From the NCBI RefSeq assembly GCF_004010195.1, contig NC_057736.1, positions 929,452 through 993,451 of the forward strand: DNA of 64,000 nucleotides, written 5' to 3'. Below are positions 11,685 through 25,538 of this stretch, in pieces (the first letter of the stretch is position 1; each line of letters begins with the position of its first letter). The position numbers were made by a program, and so were the translations under genes. The notes beneath the pieces were generated by a model, which worked only from the letters and a program-made list of their open reading frames with translations, was not told the DNA's origin and did no database searches. This DNA comes from Chiloscyllium plagiosum (lineage: Eukaryota).

Positions 11685-11809
11685 GTTGGTGTCTCTGTTC
11701 ATTCTAATAAATGCTTTACATTACTGATGTTTTATTAAAGTCATGACTACTTACTGCAGTTTCTTTATCAATTGCCAGTTTTTGAGGCTTTTCCCATTTC
11801 TTGAGAGAA

Positions 11810-12240
11810 AGTGATGGTTATTGGTTTTGTCACTGGACCTAAGTTTTGTCCAGAGACCTAGGTAATGCTTTGGGGATCAAAGTTTGAATCCCACCTCAGC
11901 AAATGGTGGCATTTAAATTAAAAGAAAATAACCTGGAATGAGGAGTCCATTGAAGATCATGAAACAATGGTCATAAAAGCCCATCTGTTACACTGATGAC
12001 CTTTGAGGTGGGCAAGCTTGTACATCTCTGGACCCACAGTAATGTGGTTGACTCTTAACTGCCTTCTGAAATGGGCTATCCATTGTAGCAAAACTGGTCA
12101 GAAGTCTCAAACGTTGTGGTGTACCTATACCACGGCGATTCAATAAAGCAACTCCCCACCACCTCCTCAAGAGCAATTGTGGCATGTGATAGGCAATAAA
12201 CATTTACCCAGCCAGCAATGCCCACCTCTCACGAATGAAT
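11810..12240 (+). mobile_element. Degenerate tRNA-headed shark SINE (related copies ~34270-34590 +, ~22630-22960 -)
   Basis: gtcactggac...ccagagacc...gtttgaatcccacc head; shared cagacccacagcaatgtgg...tcttaa body. Confidence 0.55.
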
Positions 12241-13535
12241 AGAATTCCAACTATTTGAGACTATAAGTGTAATTTGGAGCATATGTGTATAACTTAAAAT
12301 TATTCCCATCTGTTATTGTGGGTCATCAATAGCCTCAGTTTTATTTATCCACAATTTCTAACCTCATAGCTTGGCACATTTCCCCATCATGCTATTATCA
12401 TAATGCAAGGAGATCAACCCTGCAACAATTAAGAATGCAGGAGGGCATGTCAGGAGCAGCAACAGGCATTTTTATAAACGAGCTGCCATCCTGGTGAAAT
12501 GATAACACAGGGCTCCTTGAGTGCCAAACAGCAGAAATTGTGTACGATAGACAGCTAAGTGATTGCACAACCATTAGATCATTTGCAGCCGTGCCATATC
12601 TAGTCATAAATGGCCAAATAAAATAAAAATATTGCAGATATTGGGTACCTGAAACAAAACCGAATATGCTTGAGAAACTCAGCTGGTCTGGCAAGTTGTA
12701 GAGTGAGAAACAGAGTTCTCAGAATGGTCCTCCTCCAGACCACACACTATCCTGATTTAGAACTACTGTATCTGTGAAATTGTTTCCCGCGATTTACCAT
12801 GGCCTGACATATTGCAGGGAACATTCTAGAACAAGGGACAGGGCTGCCGGGAAGGTAAAATTCCTATTTAAATGAATGTGTTCACTCCTATCCTTGGTTT
12901 CAGGTTTCCGCGGTAGAGTCATAGAGATGCACAGCACGGCAACAGACTCTTCGAAGGTCTTGGAATGTATCCCCCGTGGTTATGGGGGGACTACTGTGTA
13001 TGCTATGCATTCACTGTCACTGGACTCCCTTCCTAATAACGCTGTGTGTACCTACATAACATGGCCTTCAAGATTCTGCACCACCTTCTGAAGGACAGTT
13101 AGCGATAGCCCATCAATGCTGGCTGAACTGACGAGATCCACATCCCATGAGTTAATGTAAAAAAGTCCTTCCCGTTTCCAAATGGTTGTGCCTGTGAATG
13201 AAACTTAGCTCCTGTAAATAGTGACTGGTATATCTCATTAGATCAATTTCAAGCAAAATTTTAACAGCTTCTAAGATTAAAAATGTCCTCATTGTTTAAA
13301 GAATTTTAATTTTGAGATAAATGGTAAGACCAAGGAAAGGTAAAAATATAGGTAAAAACAATGACTGCAGATGCTGGAAACCAGATTCTGGATTAGTGGT
13401 GCTGGAAGAACACTGTTTATCTTACATTTTAATTCACATTTGTGATGTGTTCATTGATAATGGACACAACAATTACTCTTCTTTCTGTAATTTTTGAGAG
13501 GTAGTTAGTCAATAATAAATATTTATTCGTTGCAG

Positions 13536-13628
13536 ATCTGTCATTGGCTGTGCTTTTATCAAACTCGCTGACATTTCTCTTCACATTACTGACTGGAAAG
13601 TTGCTTGGTGAAGAGATTGGTGGCAAAT
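13536..13628 (+). CDS. TMEM234: TMEM234 exon 4 ([31 protein letters not shown])
   Basis: DLSLAVxxxNSL...LGE motif; acceptor ttgcag|, donor T|gtaagt; phase 1-1. Confidence 0.95.
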
Positions 13629-13814
13629 GTAAGTGCAGCATTGATACACAATGTTTCTCCTAGTGTTTACAGTATAGAACCAAACCACTTACTCATGAGA
13701 CCTAGTCAGTATTCAAGTTCCAGTCAAGCATCCTCCTAGCCTTCGTCCTCCAACCCATCAACCTCCCATGTATTTCTTTTTCTCACATACATTTATCTTG
13801 TTTCTTCTGAAATG

Positions 13815-15720
13815 CTAGTGAGCATGGGAATAGGTCGATAGAACAAATAAATGTGTAGCTAAAGAGTTGGAGCGGAATGGAGGGCTTTAGATTCCTGGAT
13901 GACTTTGTTCATTGCTGGGGAAGGTGGAACCTGTAAAACTCCAAAGGGTTGAACCTGAACTGAAACAGGATCAACGTCCTTGCAGGGGGTTTGGTAGTTC
14001 AGTTGTTTAGGGTTTAAATTAATTTGAAAAGGTCATGAGATACAGAATGGAGATACAGTAGGACATAATGCACAAACAGGTATAGAAGATCCAAGTCAGT
14101 CTAGAAGGCAGTGCAAATGTAATCGAGTTAAGGCACAAAAGAACCTGGCAAGGCTAGATGGCATTTATTTTAATGCTAGATGTTTTGCAAGTAGTGCAGA
14201 TGACTTGAGGGTGTTAAGTAATGTGTGGGGATATGGCTGGCGGTTCAGTATCCTAAGATATAAAATCTTTGGGTAAGATGCAAGGTTTGTAAAAGAGGAG
14301 ATGGTGTTGCAATATTGATCAAGGTGCCAATGATTGCTGTAAGGTGGAGTGATAACTTAGAAGGTTCCTCAAACAAAGTCGTAGAGGTAGAACTTAAAAA
14401 CATAAAAGGGGCAATCATTTTGCTTGGGGTGTACTATAGATCACCAAACAATCAGGGAGAGATAGAAAGACACATATGGAGGCAAATCTAAGGGAACTGT
14501 AAAACTAATGTTGGTGAACAAAGAGACCTTGGAGTGCAGGTTCATAGTTTCTTGAAAGTGGAGTCGCAGATAGACATGATAGTGAAGAAAATGCCAGAAA
14601 TGCTTGCTTTTATTGGTCATTCATTGGATATAGGAGTTGGAAGATCATGTTGTGGCTGTACAGGATATTGATTAGGCCACTTTTGGAATACTGCATGCAA
14701 TACTGGTCTCCCTGTTATAGAAAAGATGTTGTGAAACTTGAAAGGGTTGAGAAAAGATTTACAAGGATGTTGTCAGAGTTGGAGGGTTTGAGCTATAAGG
14801 AGAGGCTGAATAGGCTGGGGCTATTTTCACTGGAGTGTCGGAGGCTGAGGGGTGACTTCATAGAAGTCTATAAAATCATGAGGGGCGTAAGTAGTGAGTA
14901 GCCAAGGTCTTTTTCCAGGGTAGGAAAGTCCAGAACCAGAGGGAACAGGTTTAAGGTGAGAGGGGAAAGATTTAAAAGAGATTTAAAGGGCAATCTTTTA
15001 AGGGGCAGAGGGCGGAGTTTGCATGGAATGAACTGCCAGAGGAAGTGGTGGAGGCTGGTACAATAACAACATTTAAAAAGCATTTGGATGGGTATATGAA
15101 TAGGAAGGGTTTAAAGGGATATGGGCCAAATGCTGGCAAATGGGACTAGATTAATTTAGGATATCTGGTCGGCATGTACAAGTTGGACAGAAGGGTCTGT
15201 TTCCATGCTGTTCAGCTCTATGACTCTACTAGGGTAATGATAGAAGGGGATTTCAACTTCTCCAGCATTCATTGGGATGGACAAACTGTGAAAGGCTTAG
15301 AGGGGGCTTACAGGAGAACATTTTGAAATAGCATGTAAGTGCTACAAGAAAGGGAATTTAGATCTAATTTTTAAGGAATGAGGCTGGGCAAGTGGTAGCT
15401 GTGGCAGTGGTGGGAAGCAGGTCTGTCTGGTAATTTGGTGATAAAGTAAAATTTAAAGTAATTATGGATAACGACAAAGATAAGCCAGAAATAAAGGAAG
15501 GCCAATTTTAATAAGACAGGATAGGATATGGCCAAAGTGGATAGGAAGTAGCTACTTGCAGGAAAATCCACATCAGAGCAGTGAGTGTCTGTCATAAGGA
15601 CGATAACAAGAGTGCCTGGTCAACATGTTGTTGTAAAGGTGAAGTGTGGGACCAACAGATGCAGAGATCACTGGATGTCGGGGGATGTATACAATTGAAT
15701 AAGAAAAGAGAGGAAGCTTC
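13815..15720 (+). mobile_element. Old CR1 (endonuclease region) split by a younger CR1 3' fragment at ~14510-15228
   Basis: APE-like LLGVYYRSPN before and GDFNF after the insert; insert encodes LYRILIRPLLEYCMQYWSPCYRKD and ends in ctatgactct. Confidence 0.7.
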
Positions 15721-15759
15721 GGGTACTTATCCAAAGGTTGAGGTAGCAGATGCCTCATT

Positions 15760-16520
15760 TGGTCTTTTCAGACTGTTCTAATATTTATTATGATGATAGT
15801 TGATCATCCAACTCAGTATCCTCTTCCTGGTATCCCCCAGATTGTTTGATCCCTTTAATCCCAAGTGCTATATCCAAATCCTTAACAAAGTCATACAATG
15901 TTTTGTCTGTAGCTGCTTTCGGTGGTAGTGAATTCGATAGGCTCATCATTCTCTGGGTGAAGAAATTTCTCCTTATCTCAGTCCTAACTGGTTTACCCCA
16001 TATCCTTAGACTGTGACTCCCTGGTTTTGAACCATTAGCAAAATCCCTCTTGCATCGATCTGTCTAATCATGTTAGAATTTTATAGGTTTTTCTGTGATA
16101 CCCCTTTCATTCCTCGGAATTCAAGCGTATAGTGCCCTCACTGATTTACCCTCTGTTCATACATTAGTCCTGTCATCCCAGTTTGCTAACCTTATAGCAA
16201 GAACGTTCTTCTTCCGATATGGAGACCAAAAGGTGCACAAAATATTTAAGTTGTTGTCCCATTAAGACTCTGTATAATTGCAGCAAGACATTCCTGCTCC
16301 AGTACTTGAATCCTGTCACTGTGAAGGCCAACATTTCATTTACCTTCTTTACTGCCTGCTGTACCTGCATGCTTACCATAGCAGCTGGAGTATGAGGACA
16401 CCCAGGTCTCATTGCACATTTCCCCTCTATCAGTTTTGCAATTCAGGTAACAATCTGCCTTCAAAGTTTAGTACCAAAAGCTCACATTATATTACATGTG
16501 CCATGCTTTTGCGTACTCAC
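15760..16520 (-). mobile_element. CR1-like LINE 3' fragment
   Basis: ORF 16173..16412 VQQAVKK...LLQLYRVL. Confidence 0.65.
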
Positions 16521-16695
16521 TCAGCTTTGCACCACTGCATTGTCCACTGTCTGAGCAGACAGTTTTACAGCAAATGTGTCAATGTGCATCGTCTTCTTTT
16601 AAATAAAACCATTGAGGTGGCATTGGGAGTCGTCTTGCTCATTGTACATTTGTCAAGTAATTCTAAAAACATGTTTTTTCATATTTCTTTTGCAG

Positions 16696-16772
16696 TGGCT
16701 CTGATAGGAATGCTGCTGATTATTGTAGGTGTTACGCTGTGTGTTGCCAGCACAGTCAACAAGGAGAGTTAA
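16696..16772 (+). CDS. TMEM234: TMEM234 last coding exon (LALIGMLLIIVGVTLCVASTVNKES*); total CDS 402 nt = 133 aa
   Basis: Acceptor tttcttttgcag|; hydrophobic 4th TM helix; TAA at 16770-16772; AATAAA at 16838-16843. Confidence 0.92.
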
Positions 16773-18695
16773 CACCAAGACAGCTAAAAGATTAAATCAA
16801 GCTTTTGGTGGTATTGCTGTGCTTGATCAACTCGTAAAATAAAGATGACATGAAGTAAAGAATGGCAAATGAGAACAACTCTTACCTGGACGTAACTAAG
16901 AATTGGAGAAGAATAAGTAATCACTCTCTAAGATAAACACTTTAAAGATATAAAACTGTCCCACTATTGTTGTGTTTACATTACATCATAGACCTGTACA
17001 GGGGATAAATACTCCAGCTGTCTTCAGTCAGTTGTCAGGTTAGAGTCATTTCTGTTTGGTTAGGAGTCAGCCTTTTTAGATCAAGATCTATTATTGATCT
17101 TTATTAAAATGAATGGGAGGAGCAGCCATTTCCTGATATAGAACAATAATGTGTATTTTTTCCCCCCCGTGATATGTGAGGCTTGCAACACATGATAATC
17201 AAATTTTTTAAAGTCATGCTGGAGACAGATATCTCCACTCCAGTGAATGAGTGACATTGAAAAATTGTAATTGATAATGTCAGTTTGCTGTCTTCTGACC
17301 TTTTAAATGTAATCCCAGAATAATCTTGTGTGACTAGTATTTTTTAAAAATTCTGTGATGCCTTCTTTCTGCCACTAGATGGTATTAATACATTTATAAA
17401 TGTACAACTACTGATTAACAATGTTGTCCCACATGTATCCATAAAATCATAGGCATGTGATAGCCATATATTTTCTATGGAATTTCCAAGATTTTCTCAA
17501 ATAATTTTCTCAAATAATTATGGGCACACACATAAATAATTGCAATTGAAAATACATGGAGTTTCCCACTGGGTGCTCTGGGATATGGAAATAATTTATC
17601 CCCTGCATTAAGCAGATGAGTTTATGAATCTGAAGGACAAATTGGACAAAATGCAAATAGGTAATCATTGTGACCTATTGTGAAGGGATCCTTTTAAATA
17701 ACATTTGTTATCCAGACAGATATAACGTTTGACTAAAAATGATTGTGTTTGACGTGAGTTAATTTAAATAAAAGACCATTTTGTTTTGTATTTATGTTAA
17801 TCTTTTTAGTCACTAGATACATATGTGGAAGATGTTTCCACGTAGCTAGTTTGTTCCTCTTCTAAGTTATAGATCGGTTTGAAAACTGCAAAAACGCAAT
17901 GAGCTGGAATATGGCAGGGGACAACTGTTCTCTTTAAAAAAATCCAATTGTATGAACAAATAATGCAGAATATAGCCACATATGGCAAAAATGTAGAGAT
18001 TAGATTCATGTGCAATGTTCACCCGTTTCCTTACAAACCTGAACATTAAGCTAAGGTATATAAATATAGACATGGACTTGTGGTTAAATTTTAAGATTAT
18101 TCTCCAACCCATTTTGCTGTCTCCCTTGTCTATAATGCAAATGCCAAATTTCTTTTAAAAATCTAAAATGTTTGATCTTCTGTACTGATTAGAACTGCAA
18201 TAAGATTTGCAAATCGCTGAAATTGTTGTATTGAACCAAAATATAATTCAGGGATACATTACAAGTAACTATTGTGCATCCCAAGGTGATAACTAATGGT
18301 CTTTCAGTGTATCTGAACAGCAAAGCCTGATTGACTGCTGAAGGTCAAGGGTAAAGAAATGTTAAGGATCTTATAATTAGAGTGGCTAGCTAGAGTTTAT
18401 TCACAATACCCTTCAAACAACAATATAAGGACATTTGGAGGACAGTTGTACCATGCTGTTGCTGTGGAATCAACAAATGAGGGGTTCTTTGTGAGTGAAG
18501 TATTATGTGCATTATGCCAAAAATTGAAAGCATCTTGATTTTTTTTTTAAAAATGTACTTTTATACAACATTTGGAATTTTACATATTCCTCTCATTTGT
18601 TTCTGCCAGTTTTCACCCATCTTTTCTTTGAAGACTTTCATACATTGCTGGGCACAATTTCATTGTGGTCATTCTCCTTTTCTATCTTCTTGAAG

Positions 18696-18896
18696 TTAAA
18701 AATCACACAACACCAGGTTATAATCCAACAGGTTTATTTCAAAGTACTAACTTTCAAAGTACTAACTAGTTACCTGATGAAGGAGCAGTGCTCTGAAAGC
18801 TAGTGCTTCCAAATAAACCTGTTGGACTGTAATCTGGTGTGGTGTGATTTTTAACTTTGCCCACTCCAATCCAACACCAGCACCTCCACATCATGG
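18696..18896 (+). mobile_element. Inverted PLE terminal-repeat pair (second family) with hammerhead at 18774-18802
   Basis: CTGATGA-AGGAGC-AGT-GCTCT-GAAAGCTA; arms aaaaatcacacaacaccagg / ctggtgtggtgtgattttt; degenerate 14-bp TSD 18682-18695 and 18897-18910. Confidence 0.75.
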
Positions 18897-19364
18897 CTAC
18901 CTTTTTGAAGGTAATTTTGTCTCTTTACTACTGTCCAAAAGACATAATTGATTTCTCGCTGGGTAAGATTCTTCAGTTGGTCTCTTATACCTCAGACACA
19001 ATAGTAATCTTTCTATGAAGACCTCATCTGTGAGTGTCAGCAAATAGTGAGAAATGAGAAGAGATGGAAACAACTGCACTGGTCTGATTGTTACCCATAT
19101 ATTCACACTTCTTGAATGTCTCAGTGGATAGCTTTTCAGATCAGTGATCCATTTTACCTCTTTAATCTATACAGAGATAAACTATAGCACTCGCACTGGC
19201 ATGCTAACTAATTCAGCTAATTTAGCATAGACTGTCAATGAAGTCTGGAAGTTTCTAGTTTGTATGAGTCATGCATTAGTCATTAAGGTTCACAAGATAG
19301 GCTAAGAGAGCAGTTAATAAGAAAACAGTGTTCAAGGCTTTTTTAGTAGGTGTAAGGATATGAA

Positions 19365-20330
19365 GATATGAAATAGGAGCAGAAGTACACAATCGGCCTC
19401 TTAAGCCTGCTCTGCCAATCAATCAAATCTTTGCTGATTGGTTTGTGTTTTGAATTTTACATTCCCATCAATCCCTGATAACTTTTGATTCCCTTGACTT
19501 AAAATAATCTGCGTATCTCTAAAAATATTCAGTGACCCTGCCTTCTGAGGCAGAAAGTTCCAAAGTTGGATCATATTATAAGAAGAATTCTCTTAATTTC
19601 TATCCTAAAAGGGCAGCCCATAATTTTAAGTGTCTCCTGGTTCTGCACTGACCCACATGAAGAAACATTGCTTCCACATCCACCTTGTCAAGACCATTTT
19701 TTTATCGTACATGCTTCAATTAAGTCATCCCACTCCTAAATTGCAGCAGAAACAAGTTCAATGTGTCCAATCTGTTCACATTTGATAAGTTACTCATTCC
19801 AGGCATCAAATTAGTAAGCCTCCTCTGAACCCTCTCCAATGCATTTATGTCTTTACTTAAATAATAAGATCAAAACTGCACATAATATTTGAATTGTGTT
19901 CTCACTAATGCCTTGGATAACTGATGAATAACATCTTAACTTTTACAATTCCTGTTATAAGAAAGGAAAATATCTCATTAAGTTAGTTGATTACATGCTG
20001 TACCTGAAAACCAGCTTTTTTAAAAATTCAGGCACCAGAACATAAATCACTCTGCACCTTAGAATTACACAGTTCTTCTCCATTTAAGTAATACTCTGCA
20101 TTTTCATCTTTCTTGACAGTGGCCAATATCATATATCCTACAATTTACTCTCATCTTTCAGATTTTTGCCAAATTTTTCTACATACCTAGATCCTTCTGT
20201 AAACTCCTTATATCTTCTTCACAACATACTTTCCTACCTATCTTGGTGTGATCTGTAAATTTAGCTACCATGCCTTCACTTTCGTCATCTCAGTATTGAT
20301 GTGAATTGCAAACAGCTGAGACACTAGTCA
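19365..20330 (-). mobile_element. Degenerate CR1 LINE
   Basis: 3' end similar to 62380-62660; RT-like ...tcgtcatc... at 20280. Confidence 0.6.
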
Positions 20331-21496
20331 GCAGCCCCTCTAATCTGCATATGTGCAACCATTCCAATGGCAATCAGTATTGGCAAATGGCTACTTTTTG
20401 CATTGGACTAATGTTATGATTCTGTGATATGGTTGAAGCTTTGGACTGTTTTAAAGAATTCCTTTAAGTATGTCATTTATTCTTTCATAACAGTGCAAGA
20501 TACAGGTTAACTAAAGAATGAGAGAAAATAAACAGAAAATGAGCCACTTAAGTGTATGCTCCAAGCGAAGGTACATGAGAATACACAATTTAAGGGCCAT
20601 GTCTTTTTATTTTGTACTTTTAAAAATTGGGGATTGAAATGAGAAAAAGTGGTTTTAAAAGCTAGTGTTTAAGAGTGGCTGTAGTTTTGAGAAGCATCTA
20701 ACCTGAGATTTATGCCAGACATCATGTTTGAACTGTTTGAACAAGCAGTTATTTTGCAGTTGAAGATGATTTGAAGCTGTAGATGTGCCAAAACAGCTTT
20801 TGCTGCAATGCAAAGTTGCTCAGACTAGTGACCAGTTATTGATGACAGAGACCTTTTTGCTTGTTAGCAACTGCATGATTGGTTCTCAGATAACTGCATA
20901 GCTTGAAGCTGGGATCGGGTTGTAAATAGACAGAAAGAAGTGCGGCTCTTTCCCAGCTCAGGAGTGGTCTCCCTGTTCTCTGCAGTCAAAACTCACTATA
21001 AACCTGAAGACAAACAATTTAACTTCCCTGCAACAGTTGTTTTAATTTTAATTTTAATAAGTACTATATGTTGGCAGTTGATAGTGAAATCACCATAGTC
21101 CCACTTTCTCATGAGAGAGACAGACAACTGAGATCAACCATGCCTCAAGTGAGACCTTCATGATAATTTCAGCTGATACAAGAACTGAACCCATAATGTT
21201 GGCAACACTGCATCTCAGGTTAGCCATCCAAGTAACCAATCCCTCTGACAGTTTCTAGCTGTTTAACTGTATCTACAGTCTAATTAATTGTGTAAAAATC
21301 ACTATTTATTACTTAATGCAGAAACCTGATTCACCACTTCTATCAACCTGAGTTTGAAAGTCAAATAAATTATGAAACATTGCCAAAATATTTAACTTTT
21401 GAAACAACTCCAGGAACAGCAGGGATCAATTTCCAGCAGGTTACATTAGCAAGTCATAAAACAGAATAAAAGTTAACTATTCTCTAGCTCAAGAAT

Positions 21497-21779
21497 TATA
21501 GAATCCCTACAGTGTAGAAACAGGCCCTTCGGCCTAACAGGTCCACAGTGACCCTCCAAAGAGTAACTCATCCAGACCTATTTCCCTGCATTTGCCCCTA
21601 ATGCACCTAATCTACACATCCTTGAACACGATGGGCAATTTTAATGGCCCATTCACCTAACCAGAGCACCCAGCAGAAACAGGGAGAATGTGCAAACTGC
21701 ACAGACCTGAGGCTGGAATCAAACCCAGGTCCCCAGCGCTGTAAGGTAGCAGTGCTAACCACTGAGCCACCGTGCCACC
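21497..21779 (-). mobile_element. HE1-type V-SINE (internally deleted)
   Basis: cagtgctaaccactgagccaccgtgcc head; acaggcccttcggcc tail. Confidence 0.8.
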
Positions 21780-21879
21780 GTGTGGTTTAGTTGAGGTGTC
21801 CCATTAAAGGCTAATCAGAATCCAGCAGATAACAACGACATCAGGAATCTTTCTGAATTTTACGATAAGTGCCAAGATT

Positions 21880-22215
21880 AGCTGACACCTCATTTCAATG
21901 CGGTGATAATAAAATATTCTTTCAGATAGGATGCTAAACTAAAGGCAATTATTTATTCTCTGAGGTGGATGTAAAATATCTCATTGCCACTACTCAGAGA
22001 ACTGCGGGACAGTCTCCCTTGCTCTAGTCAATATTTATTTTTGAACAAGCATGACTTAACCATAATCTGGTCATTTCTCTGTTGCTACTGGAGTTTGCTG
22101 TGCTGAATTTCACTGCACTTTCGTTTGCTTTACAATAGTGACATCACCAATTTGGCTGTTGCACACTTTGCAATATCCTGAAGTTGTGAAAATAGCTATA
22201 TTAATGCAACGTCTT
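21880..22215 (+). mobile_element. Deu-domain SINE (SacSINE1/AmnSINE1-like); second copy at ~44660-45062
   Basis: gtggatgtaaaatatctcattgccact core and 3' cactttg...atcctgaagttgtgaaaatagctatattaatgcaa. Confidence 0.6.
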
Positions 22216-23077
22216 TTAAGAAATTAAGTAAATCCAGCAAAGGACCTTTGATATTGTTTGCAGTGATAGATAAGTATTATATTCTTGGTTAGTGGATTAA
22301 AAACGTTTTTTGAATGGTTGGCATATTGTATTATGGAAGCATATCTATGGACCTTTTGTAAGAATATCTATCCATTTTCGAAACTGGAAAAACTGGAAAT
22401 ACATCCAGTATTCAAACTGTGTAATTTTTGTGACTGTGTGTTAGTGGTGTGAAGTCAGAACAGTCTCTTTTAATAATTGAGTTAGACTTTGTTTATTTTG
22501 ACACAAGGACTTCAGTAGCAGAGCCAATGCTGAATTTTGACACTCTTTGTTGAATTGTAGGGCTGCACTATGTAACTGTGCCAAATGGCTTGGTAGAGCT
22601 GTTCATTTAGTACTACTCCTTGTTTTCTTTAAAATTTATGTTTAGGATGTGGACATCTGTGGCGATACCAGCATCTGTTAGTAGTCATCCCTAATTGCCC
22701 AGAATGTGATTAAGAGTCAACCACATTCTATGGGTCTGGAGTTACCTGGAGGCCTGACTAGGTTACAACAGCAGATTTACTTCCCTAAAAGACATTAGTG
22801 ATGCAGATGGGATTTTACAACAATTGACAGTGGTTACAAGATCCCAATAGGCTAGCTTTTAATTTGAGATTTTTATTGAACTCAAATTTCACTATTTGCA
22901 ATGGTGGAATGCACACCCTCAACAGGCTTGCTGAATTACTCATCCAGTTTCAATACCATATGTCACCAACTCTTCAATTCTCCATAGCCTTACAAATTTG
23001 TTTCCTTCAAACACTTAATCAGATCTCTTTTAAATACTGCTTCTAAATCTACTCTCCCACAGCGATAGTGGAGGCAG

Positions 23078-24333
23078 GCCAATAACAGAAACCCTGGAGC
23101 CTGTAACCAAGACCCCCACAGCCCGTTACAGAGATTCTGGAGCCTGTTACAGAGACCCCGGAGCGTGTTACAGAGACCCCAGGGCCCGTTACAGAGACCC
23201 TGGAGCCCATTACAAAGACCCTGGAGCCCGTTACAGAGACCCTGAGCATGTTACAGAGACCCCGGGGCGTGTTATAGAGACCCCGGAGCCTGTTACAGAG
23301 ACCCCGGGGTGTGTTACAGAGACCCCAGGGCGTGTTATAGAGACCCCGGAGCCTGTTACAGAGACCCTGGAGCGTGTTACAGAGACCCTGGAGCCCATTA
23401 CAAAGACCCTGGAGCCCATTACAGAGACCCTGAGCATGTTACAGAGACCCCGGAGCGTGTTACAGAGACCCCGGAGCGTGTTACAGAGACCCTGGAGCGT
23501 GTTACAGAGACCACGGAGCATGTTACAGAGACCCCAGGGGTGTTACAGAGACCCCGGAGCGTGTTACAGAGACCACGGAGCGTGTTACAGAGACCACGGA
23601 GCGTGTTACAGAGACCCCAGGGTGTGTTACAGAGACCCCAGGGCCCGTTACAGAGACCCCGGAGCCCATTACAGAGACCCTGGAGCATGTTACAGAGACT
23701 CCGGGGAGCATTACAGAGACCCCGGAGTCAGTAACCGAGACCCCGGAGTCAGTAACCGAGACCCCGGAGCCCGTAACTGAGACCCCGGAGCCCGTAACTG
23801 AGACCCCGGAGTCCGTAACCAAGAGCATGGAGCCCGTAACCGAGCCCCCGGAGCCCATAACCGAGAACATGGAGCCCGTAACCGAGACCCCGGAGCCCGT
23901 AACCGAGACCCAGGAGTCAGTAACCGAGACCCCGGAGCCCGTAACCGAGACCCCGGAGCCCGTAACCGAGACCCCGGAGTCAGTAACCGAGACCTCGGAG
24001 TCAGTAACCGAGACCCCGGAGCCCGTAACCAAGACCCCGGAGTCAGTAACCGAGACCCCGGAGCCCGTAACCGAGACCCCGGAGCCCGTAACCGAGACCC
24101 CGGAGTCAGTAACCGAGACCCCGGAGTCAGTAACCGGGACCTCGGAGTCAGTAACCGAGACTCTGGAGCCAGTAACCGAGATCCCGGAGCCAGTAACCGA
24201 GAGCATGGAGCCCGTAACCGAGACCCCGGAGTCAGTAACCGAGACCCCGGAGCCAATAACCGAGACCCTGGAGCCAGTAACCGAGACCCCGGAGTCAGTA
24301 ACCGAGAGCATGGAGCCCGTAACAGAAACCCTG
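23078..24333. repeat. 21-bp GC/CpG-rich minisatellite, ~59 units (GTTACAGAGACCCCGGAGCGT grading to GTAACCGAGACCCCGGAGCCC/TCA)
   Basis: Direct tandem array; + frame reads (VTETPE[P/S/R])n. Confidence 0.97.
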
Positions 24334-24622
24334 GCCGATGTCAAACAGCAACAGAGAATTAGCAGAGGGTAGCAAGAAGGGGTGATGAACCTTATTGCAG
24401 TAAAATCTTGCTTTATATTCAGTATTTCAGGATGGCATCAGAGCATGGCGACTTTTTTTTCGCATGCGAGAAAACACTTTTCGCTTTTTTGTATACATGT
24501 GACAATCAATCTAAGTCTCAGCTGTCCATTCCAGATCACAACTTTCTGCCGAAGTAATGTTTTCCTCATGTTGTCTTTGATTCTTTCACCAATTAAACCA
24601 GGATCTTCTGTCTCAATGACCT

Positions 24623-24809
24623 CTGTGAACCCCCCCCCACCTATTTATCTCTCAGCCCCTTTCCCTCCCTCCCCACATTCCTGATGAAGGGCTTATGCCT
24701 GAAACATTGATTCTCCTGCTTCTTGGATGCTGCTGGCCCTACTGTACATTTCCAGCACCGCACTCTTTGACTCTGATCTCCAGCATCTGTAGTCCTTATT
24801 TTCTCTGGA
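24623..24809 (+). mobile_element. Short PLE insertion with CpG-decayed hammerhead (24681-24709); 11-bp TSD CTCAATGACCT
   Basis: CTGATGA-AGGGC-TTAT-GCCT-GAAACATT; TSD at 24612-24622 and 24810-24820. Confidence 0.75.
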
Positions 24810-25538
24810 CTCAATGACCTGCAAATACTCAGACTGATCCTTTAGGAAAGCTACTGGAGGCATGGTAATGAATGCTATGCCTGATTCACCTGCTTCCACT
24901 AAATTAAAGGATCGTTGCGGCAGGCAGCAAGGCCACAGAGACTGGAAATGTCAAATAGAAGCTTTCTGTTTAAAAAAGCTAGGTACATAGAACTTTGGAC
25001 CAGAAATGTGTTGCTTTGTTTGAGCTATAAGACATGATTTTTGCCATGATTCTTGGTATGTGTCCCTGTTAAAGCCGAGGGGACTTTGGACCAATGCTTC
25101 TTGCAGATGGCAGTAAGTCGCGCCAAGTAGAATGCACTTTGAATGTGCTTGCTGGAACAGCCTCGGCAGGAAAATGGGTTCTATATTGAACACATCGTCT
25201 AAGGTTTAATTTTAACATTACAGATTTTGACAGACAAGAAGATTGCAGACAAAATTCAAGGAAACATAATAGTTTCCAGTCGTAAGAAACCTTAGGTAGA
25301 GATTTTCAGTCGTCAGAAATACTAAAGATTAAAAGGTCAAAGTATCTCTTGTATGATGTCACAATTATTTGTTTAGAATATCTGTTACTAAGGCGATTGC
25401 TCGGAAACAATTGTACTTCTCACTTTTGAATCTTTGGTGTTTATGACATATCTGGACATTGCTCTCCTATTGGGTACACTGTTTCAAAACTTGAGGTTGA
25501 TTTGACTCTAAGAGGTCAATCATTTTTTCCCTTAACAG

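Noticed and set aside
23078-24333. CRISPR array or RFX-site array interpretation of the 21-bp repeat
   Set aside because: No unique spacers and a eukaryotic context; GTTACAGAGAC is too short for X-box half-site spacing
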